A DNA stretch of 63,278 nucleotides from Candidatus Nanopelagicales bacterium (GTDB taxonomy: Bacteria; Actinomycetota; Actinomycetes; S36-B12): the NCBI GenBank assembly GCA_030830865.1, contig JAURME010000090.1:1-63278 (forward strand). Reading direction: 5' to 3'. The notes beneath the pieces are model-generated. The model saw only the letters and a program-made list of their open reading frames with translations. It did no database searches and was not told where the DNA came from. Below are positions 7,458-17,349 of the stretch, one piece after another; position 1 is the first letter of the stretch; every line of letters begins with the position of its first letter. Position numbers and translations under genes: made by a program.

Positions 7458-8558
7458 ATGGCCCGGCACCTGGTGCACTCACGCGCAGCGCCGTCCACGA
7501 GCCGCCAAGATGGTGTCGTGGATGGGGATAGGGCATGCGTGGGGGGTCGCTACGCGCGCGGTCTGCGAGCGGTCTCCCACGACCTCGATGCCCTGCATGC
7601 AGGTGGACGCTGGGTCGTCGCTCTGCCGTATGCGGGGCGTCCCGTCCTCGCACGCTTCGAGGAGTGGAACATGGTCTCCGCCCCGGGGGGCCCATGGCGC
7701 GGGCCGGCTCTGGCGGACTGGACATCGTCCCTCGGCCAAGCCGAGTACATCCGCGACGTGGAACGAGTGCGCGAGCAGATCGCTGCAGGTGATGTCTACC
7801 AGGTGAACCTGTGCCGAGTGCTCTCCGCGCCGGTGCCGGATCCTTCTGCAAGCGACCTCGCCGGCCTCCATGAACTGCTTCAACGCGGCAATCCAGCGCC
7901 GTTCGGGGGCTACCTGAACCTGCCCACGCACGGCATCGGCATCGCCAGCGCGAGTCCAGAGCTGTTCCTGTCCGTCACAGTTGGCGTGGATGGCCGCACG
8001 GTGCGATCGGGGCCCATCAAGGGCACCGGCCGCACGGAGGCAGACCTGAAGGAGAAGGACCGTGCTGAGAACGTCATGATCGTCGACCTCGTGCGGAACG
8101 ACCTCTCGCGCGTGTGTGAGCCAGGCTCCGTGTCGGTGCCTGCTCTCCTTCGCGTCGAGGAGCACCCGGGTCTCGTGCATCTGGTGAGCACTGTCGAGGG
8201 GCGCCTGCGCCCGGATGTCGAGTGGACGGAACTGGTGGCCGCGACCTTCCCGCCGGGCTCGGTGACCGGTGCGCCCAAGAGTTCGGCTCTGAAGCTGATC
8301 GATCTGCTCGAGCCGGCCAGCCGCGAGTTCTACTGTGGGGCATTCGGCTGGATCGACGCGGACACCGGAGAGGCGGAACTCGCGGTGGCCATCCGGACCT
8401 TCTGGCTTCGTGACCGGCTCCTTCACTTCGGCACCGGTGCCGGCATCACCTGGGCTTCGGACCCCGTGACGGAGTGGCGGGAGACCGACCTCAAGGCGAG
8501 CAACCTGATCGAGGTGGCATCCGGTGCGTGGCCGGGTCCCGGAGCAGTGGAATCCTGA
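7458..8558 (+). CDS. pabB: aminodeoxychorismate synthase component I (chorismate-binding enzyme)
   Basis: GDVYQVNLC, ASPELFL, GPIKGT, MIVDLVRNDL, PGSVTGAPK, YCGAFGW and IRT blocks of the TrpE/PabB family. Followed by a class IV aminotransferase gene. Start uncertain (7401 TTG or 7458 ATG). Confidence 0.8.
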   Translation: MARHLVHSRAAPSTSRQDGVVDGDRACVGGRYARGLRAVSHDLDALHAGGRWVVALPYAGRPVLARFEEWNMVSAPGGPWRGPALADWTSSLGQAEYIRDVERVREQIAAGDVYQVNLCRVLSAPVPDPSASDLAGLHELLQRGNPAPFGGYLNLPTHGIGIASASPELFLSVTVGVDGRTVRSGPIKGTGRTEADLKEKDRAENVMIVDLVRNDLSRVCEPGSVSVPALLRVEEHPGLVHLVSTVEGRLRPDVEWTELVAATFPPGSVTGAPKSSALKLIDLLEPASREFYCGAFGWIDADTGEAELAVAIRTFWLRDRLLHFGTGAGITWASDPVTEWRETDLKASNLIEVASGAWPGPGAVES

Positions 8559-9396
8559 GGCCGTGCGGATCTGGCAGGGCGACAACTCGGGTGGGCAACT
8601 GGTCGATCGGGCGTCGATCAGTGCTCTCGACCACGGGTTCACGGTGGCCGATGGTGTCTTCGAGACGCTCAAGGTCGTGCCAGGGGGTCCCGTCGCGCTC
8701 AGTCGGCACCTGCGCAGACTCGGTGACTCAGCTCAGGTCCTGCACCTGCCGACACCCGACATCAGCGTGATCCGGACTGCCGTGGCTGAGGTCGTGGCCG
8801 CCTGGCAGGGCGATGGGGGAGTCCTCGGCCGCCTCCGGATCACCTACACGGCCGGAGAGGCGCCCTTGGGCAGCGAGCGCGGGGATGGTTCCCCGACGCT
8901 CGTCGTCGCAGTCACCGACACCGTGCCGTGGCCGGACACGACGACAGCCGTGACGGTGCCGTGGACCCGAAACGAGCGATCAGCGGTCGCAGGAGCCAAG
9001 ACGACGTCCTACGCGGAGAACGTGGTGGCCTTGCGCGCAGCCCGCGAGCGGGGCGCATCGGAGGCGCTGCTGGCCAACACCGTCGGTGACCTGTGCGAGG
9101 GCACCGGAACGAACGTCTTCGTCGTGGTCGACGGGCGCGTGCTCACACCGCCCCTGTCCAGCGGATGCCTGCCCGGCATCACGCGCGAACTCGTCCTCGA
9201 GTGGTGTGACGTGCGTGAGGAGACATTGCCGCTGTCGGTGCTGGAGAGTGCGGACGAGGTGTTCCTGACGTCCTCCACACGTGACGTGCACCCGGTGGTG
9301 CGACTCGACGATCGCGAGTGGTCGGAACCCGGCTCTGTCTCCGCGGACGTTCGTCGGGAGTTCGCGGCCCGCATCGCGCACGACATCGACCCGTGA
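8524..9396 (+). CDS. pabC: aminodeoxychorismate lyase / class IV aminotransferase
   Basis: ALDHGFTVADGVFETLKV, TSYAENVVA, EALLANT.G.L.EGTGTNVF and LPGITR motifs. Overlaps the pabB stop. Start uncertain. Confidence 0.75.
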   Translation: MRGRVPEQWNPEAVRIWQGDNSGGQLVDRASISALDHGFTVADGVFETLKVVPGGPVALSRHLRRLGDSAQVLHLPTPDISVIRTAVAEVVAAWQGDGGVLGRLRITYTAGEAPLGSERGDGSPTLVVAVTDTVPWPDTTTAVTVPWTRNERSAVAGAKTTSYAENVVALRAARERGASEALLANTVGDLCEGTGTNVFVVVDGRVLTPPLSSGCLPGITRELVLEWCDVREETLPLSVLESADEVFLTSSTRDVHPVVRLDDREWSEPGSVSADVRREFAARIAHDIDP

Positions 9397-9410
9397 TGCT
9401 CACGAAGCAC

Positions 9411-9442
9411 TGAGGGGCCCTGCCGGACGGCAGGACCCCTCA
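9411..9442. terminator. 14-bp-stem hairpin between convergent pabC and the Ig-like gene
   Basis: tgaggggccctgcc-ggac-ggcaggacccctca, one mismatch in the stem. Confidence 0.55.
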
Positions 9443-9460
9443 GATGACACAGCGTGCTGG

Positions 9461-10999
9461 CTAGACGGCGTGGTAGCTGCGCTTGAGCGAGAACGCGTTC
9501 CACTGGCCGGGCACGCCCGGGGCGTTGGCCTTGACCATGCAGTGGCCCTTCTTGAGCAGCTTCAGCTTCACGGCGCCGTTGCCCTTGAACTGCAGCTTGC
9601 AGATCTTGTTCTTGCCCTTGGTGATGAACCAGTTGATGTTCTGGCCCGCGTTGGTGTCACTGTTACCGGGACCCTCGAGGGTCAGCGTGCGACCCGCGTT
9701 GTAGTTACCGGACTGCGGAGCAGCGACGTTCGCGACCTGGTTGCCCGGGATGAGGTTCACGGTGTAGCCGTATTGCACCGGCCCAAAGCCATTGCCACCC
9801 GGGCTGGAGGCAACAAGGTTGCACTGTCCAGTGCCTGTCGGAACGGTGAGTGTCAGTCCGTTCACCTGGCAGGGTCCTGTCTCACTCAGCGTGACGCCGG
9901 CTCCTGATGCGGTGGACGCCTGGAAGGTGAACGAGGAGCCGTTCATCATCGGGTATGCCGCATTCGGCTGCCAAGGGCCGAAACCGGGCTGCACCAGCGT
10001 GATGCGGTCCTGCTGCGCGGGTGCTGCCACCACCACAACCGGGTCGGAAGTGGAACCGGAGAGCCCGCCGTTGGTGGTGAAGCTGGCACCCAGTGTCGCG
10101 TTGCCGGCCACGGTTGGAGTCCACTGCATGGAAGCCTTGCCACCGACGATCGGGATTGATCCACTGATCGGCTGGCCGTTCAACGTGAATCCGACAGAGC
10201 CCTGGATCGTGTTCGGGACGAGGGTGGCTGTGAGAGTCACCGGTACTCCGACGTTGACCGTGCCGGGCGCCGTGAGAGTGATAGTGCCGCCGCTGCCAGA
10301 GGCATTGACGGCGTCAGCGGGAGAGGTTGACCCCAGTGCTACGCCGTCACCGTTGTAATACGCCGTGAAGATGTAGGTCCCCGGCGTCTGCGGCGTCCAC
10401 CACCAATACGCATATGACGAAGAGTTGCCGTTCCTCGTCAAGCCCATGGTCGTGACGATGTTGCCGTTCTGGTCTCGCACAACGACCTGCCCAGTGGGAG
10501 CGTATGTCGAATTCGTCGCATTCACGTTCACCGTGACCTTGGTGGCCGTGCCCACCTTGGCCGTATTGGGCGCGGCGATGGTCGTTGAGGTCGTCACTCC
10601 GTTCGCGAGATTGATGCTGAAGGCGTTGGAGAAGCCGACCGCTGACCCGTCGGTGCCGTAGTTGATGGCCGTCAGTGTCAGAGGAGAGGGCGAGTTGGGC
10701 ATCGCAAAGGTGAAGTTTGCCTGGCTCGCACCGAGATCGATCGGGTAGTCCTGGCCATACTGCTGGTTGTTCTGGCCGAGAAGGATGACGCGGCCTTCCT
10801 GCAGGCTGCCTGTCACCGTGAGATTGACAGTGGAGCCAGCCGCTGCAGACGAGGTCCCGCTGATCGTCAGATTGATGGGCCCATCTGCCTGGGCGGGGGC
10901 GGCTGCGCCGGCGACCGTCCCGAGAATGAGGGCGCCGGCTGCAGCAGCGCCGGCGACGATGCTGCCGAGGCGCCGCTTCGACAATGTACGAGAGGTCAT
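9461..10999 (-). CDS. secreted bacterial Ig-like (Big_3-type) repeat protein
   Basis: Signal peptide ending AAPAQA. Repeated units of the G.V.F..G..lG...l..G.A......G...ltA.Y.GD type. C-terminal Lys-rich, 2-Cys module. No LPXTG motif. Confidence 0.7.
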   Translation of the reverse strand: MTSRTLSKRRLGSIVAGAAAAGALILGTVAGAAAPAQADGPINLTISGTSSAAAGSTVNLTVTGSLQEGRVILLGQNNQQYGQDYPIDLGASQANFTFAMPNSPSPLTLTAINYGTDGSAVGFSNAFSINLANGVTTSTTIAAPNTAKVGTATKVTVNVNATNSTYAPTGQVVVRDQNGNIVTTMGLTRNGNSSSYAYWWWTPQTPGTYIFTAYYNGDGVALGSTSPADAVNASGSGGTITLTAPGTVNVGVPVTLTATLVPNTIQGSVGFTLNGQPISGSIPIVGGKASMQWTPTVAGNATLGASFTTNGGLSGSTSDPVVVVAAPAQQDRITLVQPGFGPWQPNAAYPMMNGSSFTFQASTASGAGVTLSETGPCQVNGLTLTVPTGTGQCNLVASSPGGNGFGPVQYGYTVNLIPGNQVANVAAPQSGNYNAGRTLTLEGPGNSDTNAGQNINWFITKGKNKICKLQFKGNGAVKLKLLKKGHCMVKANAPGVPGQWNAFSLKRSYHAV

Positions 11000-11158
11000 G
11001 AGTGACCGTCCTTCCTGAAAGTTGGGTCCACGGTAGGTCAGCCATGGGCGGGAGTCCTGTCAGGCGCGCGGGGATCCTGCACGTGCTTCGCGTGGCCCTG
11101 GCATGGTCGCGGGGCGGAAAGGGCAGTGCCCCGTCGTGGGGTAGAGTTCGAGCGCTTC

Positions 11159-11238
<80 letters not shown>

Positions 11239-12061
11239 TTTCGAGGCATTCCCTGAGGCTTGGAGAGATTGATGTCCTTGGTTCCAACTCATCCTGACTC
11301 TGCTGCGCAGGCGAAATACGAGTAGAAATCAGGACCCAAGGAACAAGGCCCTGACACTGACACGTCTGATCCCTACGCTACGACCAGTCGGCGAAGGGAA
11401 GACGAATGCGCGGCATGCCCCGGGTCTACTGGATCTGGTTCTGGGCGGGCTTCCTGCTGTTCATGGGGTCGGCCTTGGTTAGCTGGACGGTGTTCAGCGT
11501 GTCGGGAACCGCCAGTGGCGTCGTGGGCCTGGTCTCTTGGGGTGTGTGGCTCCTTCTTGTTGCCGTCGGCGTCTCGAAGTCGGCCTCCCACATCGGTCCC
11601 GGGGTGATCAGCTTCTGGTGGTCATTGGCCGCATTCGGTGCAATCCTGCTGCGCGTCATCACGGGCCTGCTGCTCACGCAGGAGACCGGCGATTGGTTTG
11701 CCTTGGCGGGCTCCATCATGGTGGGAATCTGGATCCTGGGCGGGGCATTCGTGTTCGTCTTGTGGGTGATTCGAAGAGTGGTCGGAAACAGGGAGCGGGA
11801 GTCGTCGAAGGCCCCGACATAGGCCCGATCGCGCTAGGTGTCCGCGATCGCGCGAATGTCGACATCAACCTGACTCCCAAGATCGACGAACAGACCTATT
11901 GATCTGCGGTCTTTCTGATCACCCAGTACATGAGACAGGCCCTCAAGTCCCCTTGGATGGCTATGCCTGTGCTGGGAGAAGTCATGTCGGGTGTCGCCTG
12001 TCACTGGTTCCAGATGGTCATGACATAATGGGTAAGTCAGACAAGGTGGAAAACCTCGAAG
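11239..12061. mobile_element. 823-bp remnant islet bounded by the tRNA-Val 3'-half direct repeats; no integrase
   Basis: Bounded by the 47-nt repeats. Visibly more AT-rich than its flanks. Carries only one 138-aa membrane ORF. Confidence 0.5.
11406..11822 (+). CDS. hypothetical 4-TM membrane protein (islet cargo)
   Basis: 138 aa, Trp-rich hydrophobic helices. No family recognised. Confidence 0.45.
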   Translation: MRGMPRVYWIWFWAGFLLFMGSALVSWTVFSVSGTASGVVGLVSWGVWLLLVAVGVSKSASHIGPGVISFWWSLAAFGAILLRVITGLLLTQETGDWFALAGSIMVGIWILGGAFVFVLWVIRRVVGNRERESSKAPT

Positions 12062-12108
12062 ACACGCGAGGGGTCACTGGTTCGAACCCAGTATCGCCCA
12101 CCGAGGTC
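12062..12108. repeat. 47-nt direct repeat, copy 2 (orphan tRNA-Val 3' half), distal att-like site
   Basis: Identical to 11192-11238. It lacks the 5' half of the tRNA. Confidence 0.9.
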
Positions 12109-12169
12109 GTGGGCTCCCAGGTCCGCGCTAGGTTCATGCAGGGGTATCTGCGGCACCGGATGGAGAGAA

Positions 12170-14107
12170 GTGGCCACGGCATTCGAGAAGGTGGGTGGCG
12201 ACCGATCCGTCATCGTCGCCCGCGTCAACGGAGAACTGAAGGACCTCTCGACCGAGGTGTCGGAGACCGACATCGTCGAGCCGGTCTCTGTGGACACGCC
12301 AGAGGGGCTCGCGGTCCTGCGGCACTCCACTGCACACGTGCTCGCTCAGGCCGTGCAGGACACCTTCCCCGAGGCCAAGCTCGGCATCGGTCCGCCGATC
12401 AAGGACGGCTTCTACTACGACTTCTCCGTCGAGGACCCGTTCACCCCGGAGGATCTCGCGACCCTCGAGAAGCGCATGGTCGCGATCCTGAAGTCTGGGC
12501 AGCGGTTCTCACGTCGCGTCGTCAGCGAGGATGAGGCCGTCCGTGAGCTGGAGTCCGAGCCGTTCAAGCTGCGACTCATCGGCAGCGAGGGCGGCGCTGA
12601 GGTCATGGAGGTAGGCGGAAACGAGCTGACCATCTACGACAATCTCGACAGCAAGACCGGTGAGCGCTGCTGGGGGGACCTGTGCCGCGGCCCGCACGTG
12701 CCCGACACCCGGTACATCCCGCCGAACGCGATCAAGCTCATGCGCTCGGCGGCGGCCTACTGGCTCGGCGATCAGGCCAATGAGCAACTGCAGCGCATCT
12801 ACGGGACGGCCTGGCCCTCCAAGGACGACCTGCGTGCGTACCTGACCTTCCTGGAGGAGGCGGAGAAGCGCGACCACCGCAAGCTCGGCGCCGAGCTGGA
12901 CCTGTTCAGCTTCCCCGAGCAGATCGGGTCCGGCCTGGCCGTCTTCCACCCCAAGGGAGGTGTGGTGCGCCGGGTGATGGAGGACTACTCCCGCCGCCGT
13001 CACGAGGAGGCCGGGTACGAGTTCGTCAACACCCCGCACATCACGAAGGGCGCACTGTTCGAGACGTCCGGGCACCTCGACTGGTACGCCGAGGGCATGT
13101 ATCCGCCCATGAAGCTCGACGGGGAGGTCGACGCCGACGGCACGGTGCGCAAGCAGGCTCAGGACTACTACCTCAAGCCGATGAACTGCCCCATGCACAA
13201 CCTCGTGTTCGGGGCCCGCGGCCGTTCGTACCGAGAGCTCCCGCTGCGCCTGTTCGAGTTCGGGACCGTATATCGATACGAGAAGTCCGGTGTCGTCCAG
13301 GGTCTCACCCGCGCGCGTGGCTTCACGCAGGACGATGCCCACATCTACTGCACCCTCGAGCAGATGCCGCACGAGCTCGACGACCTCCTCGACTTCGTGC
13401 TGGGCCTGCTGCGTGATTACGGCCTCGAGGACTTCTACCTCGAGATCTCCACGCGCGACGCGGAGAAGAGCGTCGGCACTGATGAGGTCTGGGCGGAGGC
13501 CACGGCCATCCTGCGCCAGGCCGCGGAGCGACAGGGCCTCGAGCTCGTCCTCGACGAGGGTGGCGCGGCCTTCTACGGCCCCAAGATCTCCGTTCAGGCC
13601 AAGGACGCCATCGGCCGCACATGGCAGATGTCGACCATCCAGGTCGACTTCAACCTGCCCGAGCGCTTCGGCTTGGAGTATCAGGCCGCCGACGGTTCAC
13701 GCCAGCGTCCGGTCATGATCCATCGCGCGCTCTTCGGGTCCATCGAGCGCTTCTTCGCGGTGCTGCTTGAGCACTATGCCGGTGCGTTCCCTCCCTGGCT
13801 GGCACCGGTGCAGGTCGTCGCGATTCCCGTCACGGATGCGCACATCCCCTACCTCGACGAGGTTGCTGCAGCGCTGCGCGCCAAGGGCGTGCGCGTCGAG
13901 GTAGACACGGCCGACGACCGGATGCAGAAGAAGATCCGCAACGCTCAGCGCGCCAAGGTCCCGTACATGCTCATCGCCGGCGACGAGGACGCCGACGCAG
14001 GGGCGGTCTCCTTCCGGTATCGGGACGGCACGCAGAAGAACGGTGTGCCGATCTCCGATGCGGTCGACGAGATCGTCCAGGCGATCGACACCAGGGTCCA
14101 GGTCTGA
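12170..14107 (+). CDS. thrS: threonine--tRNA ligase
   Basis: [39 protein letters not shown] and [13 protein letters not shown] blocks. GTG start. N-terminus about 21 aa shorter than E. coli ThrRS. Confidence 0.95.
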   Translation: MATAFEKVGGDRSVIVARVNGELKDLSTEVSETDIVEPVSVDTPEGLAVLRHSTAHVLAQAVQDTFPEAKLGIGPPIKDGFYYDFSVEDPFTPEDLATLEKRMVAILKSGQRFSRRVVSEDEAVRELESEPFKLRLIGSEGGAEVMEVGGNELTIYDNLDSKTGERCWGDLCRGPHVPDTRYIPPNAIKLMRSAAAYWLGDQANEQLQRIYGTAWPSKDDLRAYLTFLEEAEKRDHRKLGAELDLFSFPEQIGSGLAVFHPKGGVVRRVMEDYSRRRHEEAGYEFVNTPHITKGALFETSGHLDWYAEGMYPPMKLDGEVDADGTVRKQAQDYYLKPMNCPMHNLVFGARGRSYRELPLRLFEFGTVYRYEKSGVVQGLTRARGFTQDDAHIYCTLEQMPHELDDLLDFVLGLLRDYGLEDFYLEISTRDAEKSVGTDEVWAEATAILRQAAERQGLELVLDEGGAAFYGPKISVQAKDAIGRTWQMSTIQVDFNLPERFGLEYQAADGSRQRPVMIHRALFGSIERFFAVLLEHYAGAFPPWLAPVQVVAIPVTDAHIPYLDEVAAALRAKGVRVEVDTADDRMQKKIRNAQRAKVPYMLIAGDEDADAGAVSFRYRDGTQKNGVPISDAVDEIVQAIDTRVQV

Positions 14108-14108
14108 C

Positions 14109-14621
14109 ATGACCGACGCGTGGGAGCGGCTGTACACACCGCACCGGATGCCCTACCTGAAGGGGGAGGGCAAGCCGGACGATCACAGCGAAGGCGACCA
14201 CTGCCCGTTCTGCCGGGCGCCGAACCTGCCCGAGGGCGATGGCCTGGTCTTCGCCCGCGGCAGCGAGGTGTTCGGTGTGCTCAACCTGTACCCGTACAAC
14301 TCCGGCCACGTGATGATCTGCCCCTACCGCCACGTCGCCGACTACACCGAGCTGCGGCCCTCGGAGATGCAGGAACTGGGGGAGTTCACCCAGCGCGCGA
14401 TGACAGTCCTGCGCTCGGTGTCCGGCGCCCACGGCTTCAACATCGGGATGAACCAGGGATCTGTCTCCGGGGCGGGCATCGCCGGACACCTGCACCAGCA
14501 CGTCGTCCCTCGCTGGGGTGGCGACACGAACTTCATGCCGATCGTCGGGGGCACGAAGGTGATCCCCCAGCTGCTGAGCGACACGCGCGACCTGCTGGCC
14601 GAGGCGTGGGAGAGGGTCTGA
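14109..14621 (+). CDS. HIT family protein (Ap4A phosphorylase-like, Rv2613c type)
   Basis: ATG 14109 is 1 nt after the thrS stop. Histidine triad GHLHQHVVPR. LNLYPYNSGHVMI. Confidence 0.85.
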   Translation: MTDAWERLYTPHRMPYLKGEGKPDDHSEGDHCPFCRAPNLPEGDGLVFARGSEVFGVLNLYPYNSGHVMICPYRHVADYTELRPSEMQELGEFTQRAMTVLRSVSGAHGFNIGMNQGSVSGAGIAGHLHQHVVPRWGGDTNFMPIVGGTKVIPQLLSDTRDLLAEAWERV

Positions 14622-14622
14622 C

Positions 14623-15060
14623 GTGGCGGAGTTCCTGACCTACGACGAGGAGCGCTCCCGGGCGTTCCTCGGCGTTGCCGGCGTGCGGATCCTCAGCGTC
14701 GATGACCCGGACGTCATGGAGGTCATGGCCGAGGTGCTGGGGGAGGAGACTCAAGTGCGGGCATCCCTCGTGGCCGAGCCGCCCGCCGATGCGGACGCGT
14801 CGGAGAGCGGCATGGGTGCCTGGCACATCAACAACGGCGACGAGTTCCAGACAGTCGTGTCCGGGCGCGGAATCGTCGAGTTCATGACCGACAAGGGCGC
14901 CGTAGCCGTCCTGCTCGAAGCCGGCGACATCATGGTGGTCGAGCAGGCCGAGCACCGCTACCGGCCGTTGACCGACCAGGAGTGGGTCCTGCGGTTCACC
15001 GGCGAGGATCTCGTCGCGACCGGCACCGGACGCGAGTCCGGTCCCTGGCCGATCCCCTGA
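14623..15060 (+). CDS. cupin-domain protein, unknown function
   Basis: WHINNGDEFQTVVSGRG...AGD..VVEQAEHRY fits a cupin beta-barrel pattern. Confidence 0.55.
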   Translation: MAEFLTYDEERSRAFLGVAGVRILSVDDPDVMEVMAEVLGEETQVRASLVAEPPADADASESGMGAWHINNGDEFQTVVSGRGIVEFMTDKGAVAVLLEAGDIMVVEQAEHRYRPLTDQEWVLRFTGEDLVATGTGRESGPWPIP

Positions 15061-15077
15061 CGCCGATCAACGAGGCA

Positions 15078-17225
15078 TCAGTCCTGTCCGAGCAGGCGAC
15101 GGGCGACGTTCGACGGCACCGGCGCGAAGCCGGCCGGTGAACGGGTGAACGTCCCGGTCCCGTGCGAGATGCTGCGGATGTCGATCGCATAGCGCGACAC
15201 CTCCGACTCCGGGACATCCGCGGTGACCCTCGAGCGTCCACCTCCATCAGAACTCGTCCCCGTGACCATGCCGCGACGCGTCGACAGGTCCGAGATGACC
15301 GCCCCCACGTGCTCATCGGGAATGTCGATGGACAAGGACACGATGGGTTCGAGCAGCGTCACCTGCGTCTTTGCTGCGGCGTCCTTCAGGGCCATGCCGC
15401 CGGCGGTCTGGAAGGCCATATCGGAGGAATCGACACTGTGGGCCTTGCCATCGACGAGGGTGACCCTGATGTCGACGACCGGGAAGTCGCCGGCCACCCC
15501 CTGCTCCATCTGTGCCCGTATGCCCCGCTCGACCGAGGGGATGTAGTTGCGGGGAACGGCCCCGCCCACGACCTTGTCGACGAACTCGAAGCCGCGCCCG
15601 GCCGGAAGCGGCTCGACGACGATGTGGACCACCGCGTACTGCCCATGGCCACCGGACTGCTTGACCAGACGTCCGACGCCCTCGGCCTCGCCGGCGAGCG
15701 TCGCGCGCAGGGAGGGCAGCACCTCGACGGAGTCGACCTCGACGCCGTATCGCGTTCGGATGCGATCGAGGAGGAGGTCCGCGTGCGCCTCGCCCATGGT
15801 CCACAGGATCAACTGGCCGGTGCGGTCGGCGTGCTCGACCCGGAGCGTCGGGTCCTCCGCCACCAGCCGCGCGAGTGCGGTGCCCAGCCTGTCCTCGTCC
15901 CCGGTGCTGTGGGCCGTGACGGCGATCGGCAGGAGCGGCTCGGGCATGTGCCACGGCTCCATGATCATCGGATGCGTGGGATCGGACAGCGTGTCGCCCG
16001 TCTCGGCTCTGGTCAGACGACCCACCGCGACGATGCTGCCCGCCGGAGCCGTGGGCACGTCGAGGTGTCGGGCTCCGAGCAGAGTCATGAGGTGCCCGAT
16101 CCGCTCGTCAAGGTCGTGGTCCTCGTGACCGGTGCCCGGTCCGAAGTGCCCCGAGACGTGCACTTGCGAGTCGGACACCAGGGTCCCGGAGAACACGCGG
16201 ACGATCGAGACCTTGCCCACATACGGGTCAGACGTCGTCTTGATGACCTCCGCGACAAGCGGACCCTGCGGATAGCAGGCAATGGGTGCCGTCGGCGCGC
16301 CGTCGATCTCGGTGACCACCGGGGGAGTGCGCTCCAGCGGAGACGGAAAGGCACGAACGATGAGGTCCAGGATCAGCTCGGCGCCGACGGTCGTGGTGGT
16401 GGCAGCGTGGCCGACGACAGGGTGGAAGTGCCCTCGGGCGACGGCGCGCTCGAGATCGGTCGTGAGCAGGTCAATCTCGACGTGCTCACCACCGATGAAC
16501 CTTTCCATGAGCTCCTCGTCCTCCGACTCGGTGACGACGCCCTCGATGAGGGCCCCCCGTTCGGACTCGATCAGCTCACGGTGGCGATCCTCGGCCTCGG
16601 AGATCTGCAGGGATCCGTCAGTCCAGTGCCAGATCTGCTCGTCGAGCAGATCGATGAAGCCGACCACAGACTCGTCGTCACCGTGAATGGGCAGGAACAG
16701 TGGCTGGACCCCTCCGCCCCCGGTGAAGATCCTCTGGCAGATCGCGACGGTCTCGTCGAAGTCGGCGCGCTCTCGGTCCAGGTTCGTCACCGCGATGGCC
16801 CGCGGCATGCCGACGAGCTCGCACTCGTCCCACAGTCGAGCGGTGGTGGAGTCGACGCCATCGACTGACGAGACGACGAACAGTGCCGCGTCGGCACCGC
16901 GCAGTCCGGCGCGCAGCTCACCGGTGTAGTCGGCATAGCCGGGCGTGTCGAGGACCGTGATCACCGTGCCCTTCCACGCGAACGTCGACGCGCTCACCTC
17001 GACGGAACGCTGTTGACGGATCGCCACCGGGTCGTGGTCCCCGATCGTCGTTCCGTCCACAATTGACCCGCGCCGACTGACTGCGCCCGCGGCTGCTGCG
17101 AGGGATTCGAGGAGCGTCGTCTTCCCTGATCCGGCGGGTCCCACGAGCACGACGTTGCGGATCCGCTCGGCACTGTCCGGCAGCGCGGCTGGACCTCCGG
17201 GTGTTTCGCGACGGGTGTCGGCCAT
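15078..17225 (-). CDS. elongation factor G-like GTPase (EF-G2 paralogue family)
   Basis: Start trimmed to MADTRRE (ATG 17225). G1 GPAGSGKTT, G3 DTPGYADY, followed by EF-G domains II-V. 715 aa. Confidence 0.85.
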   Translation of the reverse strand: MADTRRETPGGPAALPDSAERIRNVVLVGPAGSGKTTLLESLAAAAGAVSRRGSIVDGTTIGDHDPVAIRQQRSVEVSASTFAWKGTVITVLDTPGYADYTGELRAGLRGADAALFVVSSVDGVDSTTARLWDECELVGMPRAIAVTNLDRERADFDETVAICQRIFTGGGGVQPLFLPIHGDDESVVGFIDLLDEQIWHWTDGSLQISEAEDRHRELIESERGALIEGVVTESEDEELMERFIGGEHVEIDLLTTDLERAVARGHFHPVVGHAATTTTVGAELILDLIVRAFPSPLERTPPVVTEIDGAPTAPIACYPQGPLVAEVIKTTSDPYVGKVSIVRVFSGTLVSDSQVHVSGHFGPGTGHEDHDLDERIGHLMTLLGARHLDVPTAPAGSIVAVGRLTRAETGDTLSDPTHPMIMEPWHMPEPLLPIAVTAHSTGDEDRLGTALARLVAEDPTLRVEHADRTGQLILWTMGEAHADLLLDRIRTRYGVEVDSVEVLPSLRATLAGEAEGVGRLVKQSGGHGQYAVVHIVVEPLPAGRGFEFVDKVVGGAVPRNYIPSVERGIRAQMEQGVAGDFPVVDIRVTLVDGKAHSVDSSDMAFQTAGGMALKDAAAKTQVTLLEPIVSLSIDIPDEHVGAVISDLSTRRGMVTGTSSDGGGRSRVTADVPESEVSRYAIDIRSISHGTGTFTRSPAGFAPVPSNVARRLLGQD

Positions 17226-17349
17226 GGCTCCTCCTGGGACTCTTCCGCAAGCCTCCTCTCTTGTGAGGGAGTGAGGCAACCGAAGCCGACGCTGGCGCGT
17301 CGGCCGCGAGTCCCTCGGCACTGACGACCCGCGCCGATAGGGTCGCACC

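Noticed and set aside
7479-8672. Long antisense or out-of-frame ORFs. Examples: 7479..8672(-), 15162..16868(+), 30862..32298(-), 36408..38543(-), 40582..42633(-), 46173..47369(-), 58508..59812(+).
   Set aside because: They lie opposite or out of frame to genes with unmistakable conserved motifs. Their translations are Arg/Pro/Gly-rich with no recognisable domains. These are typical shadow ORFs of a high-GC genome.
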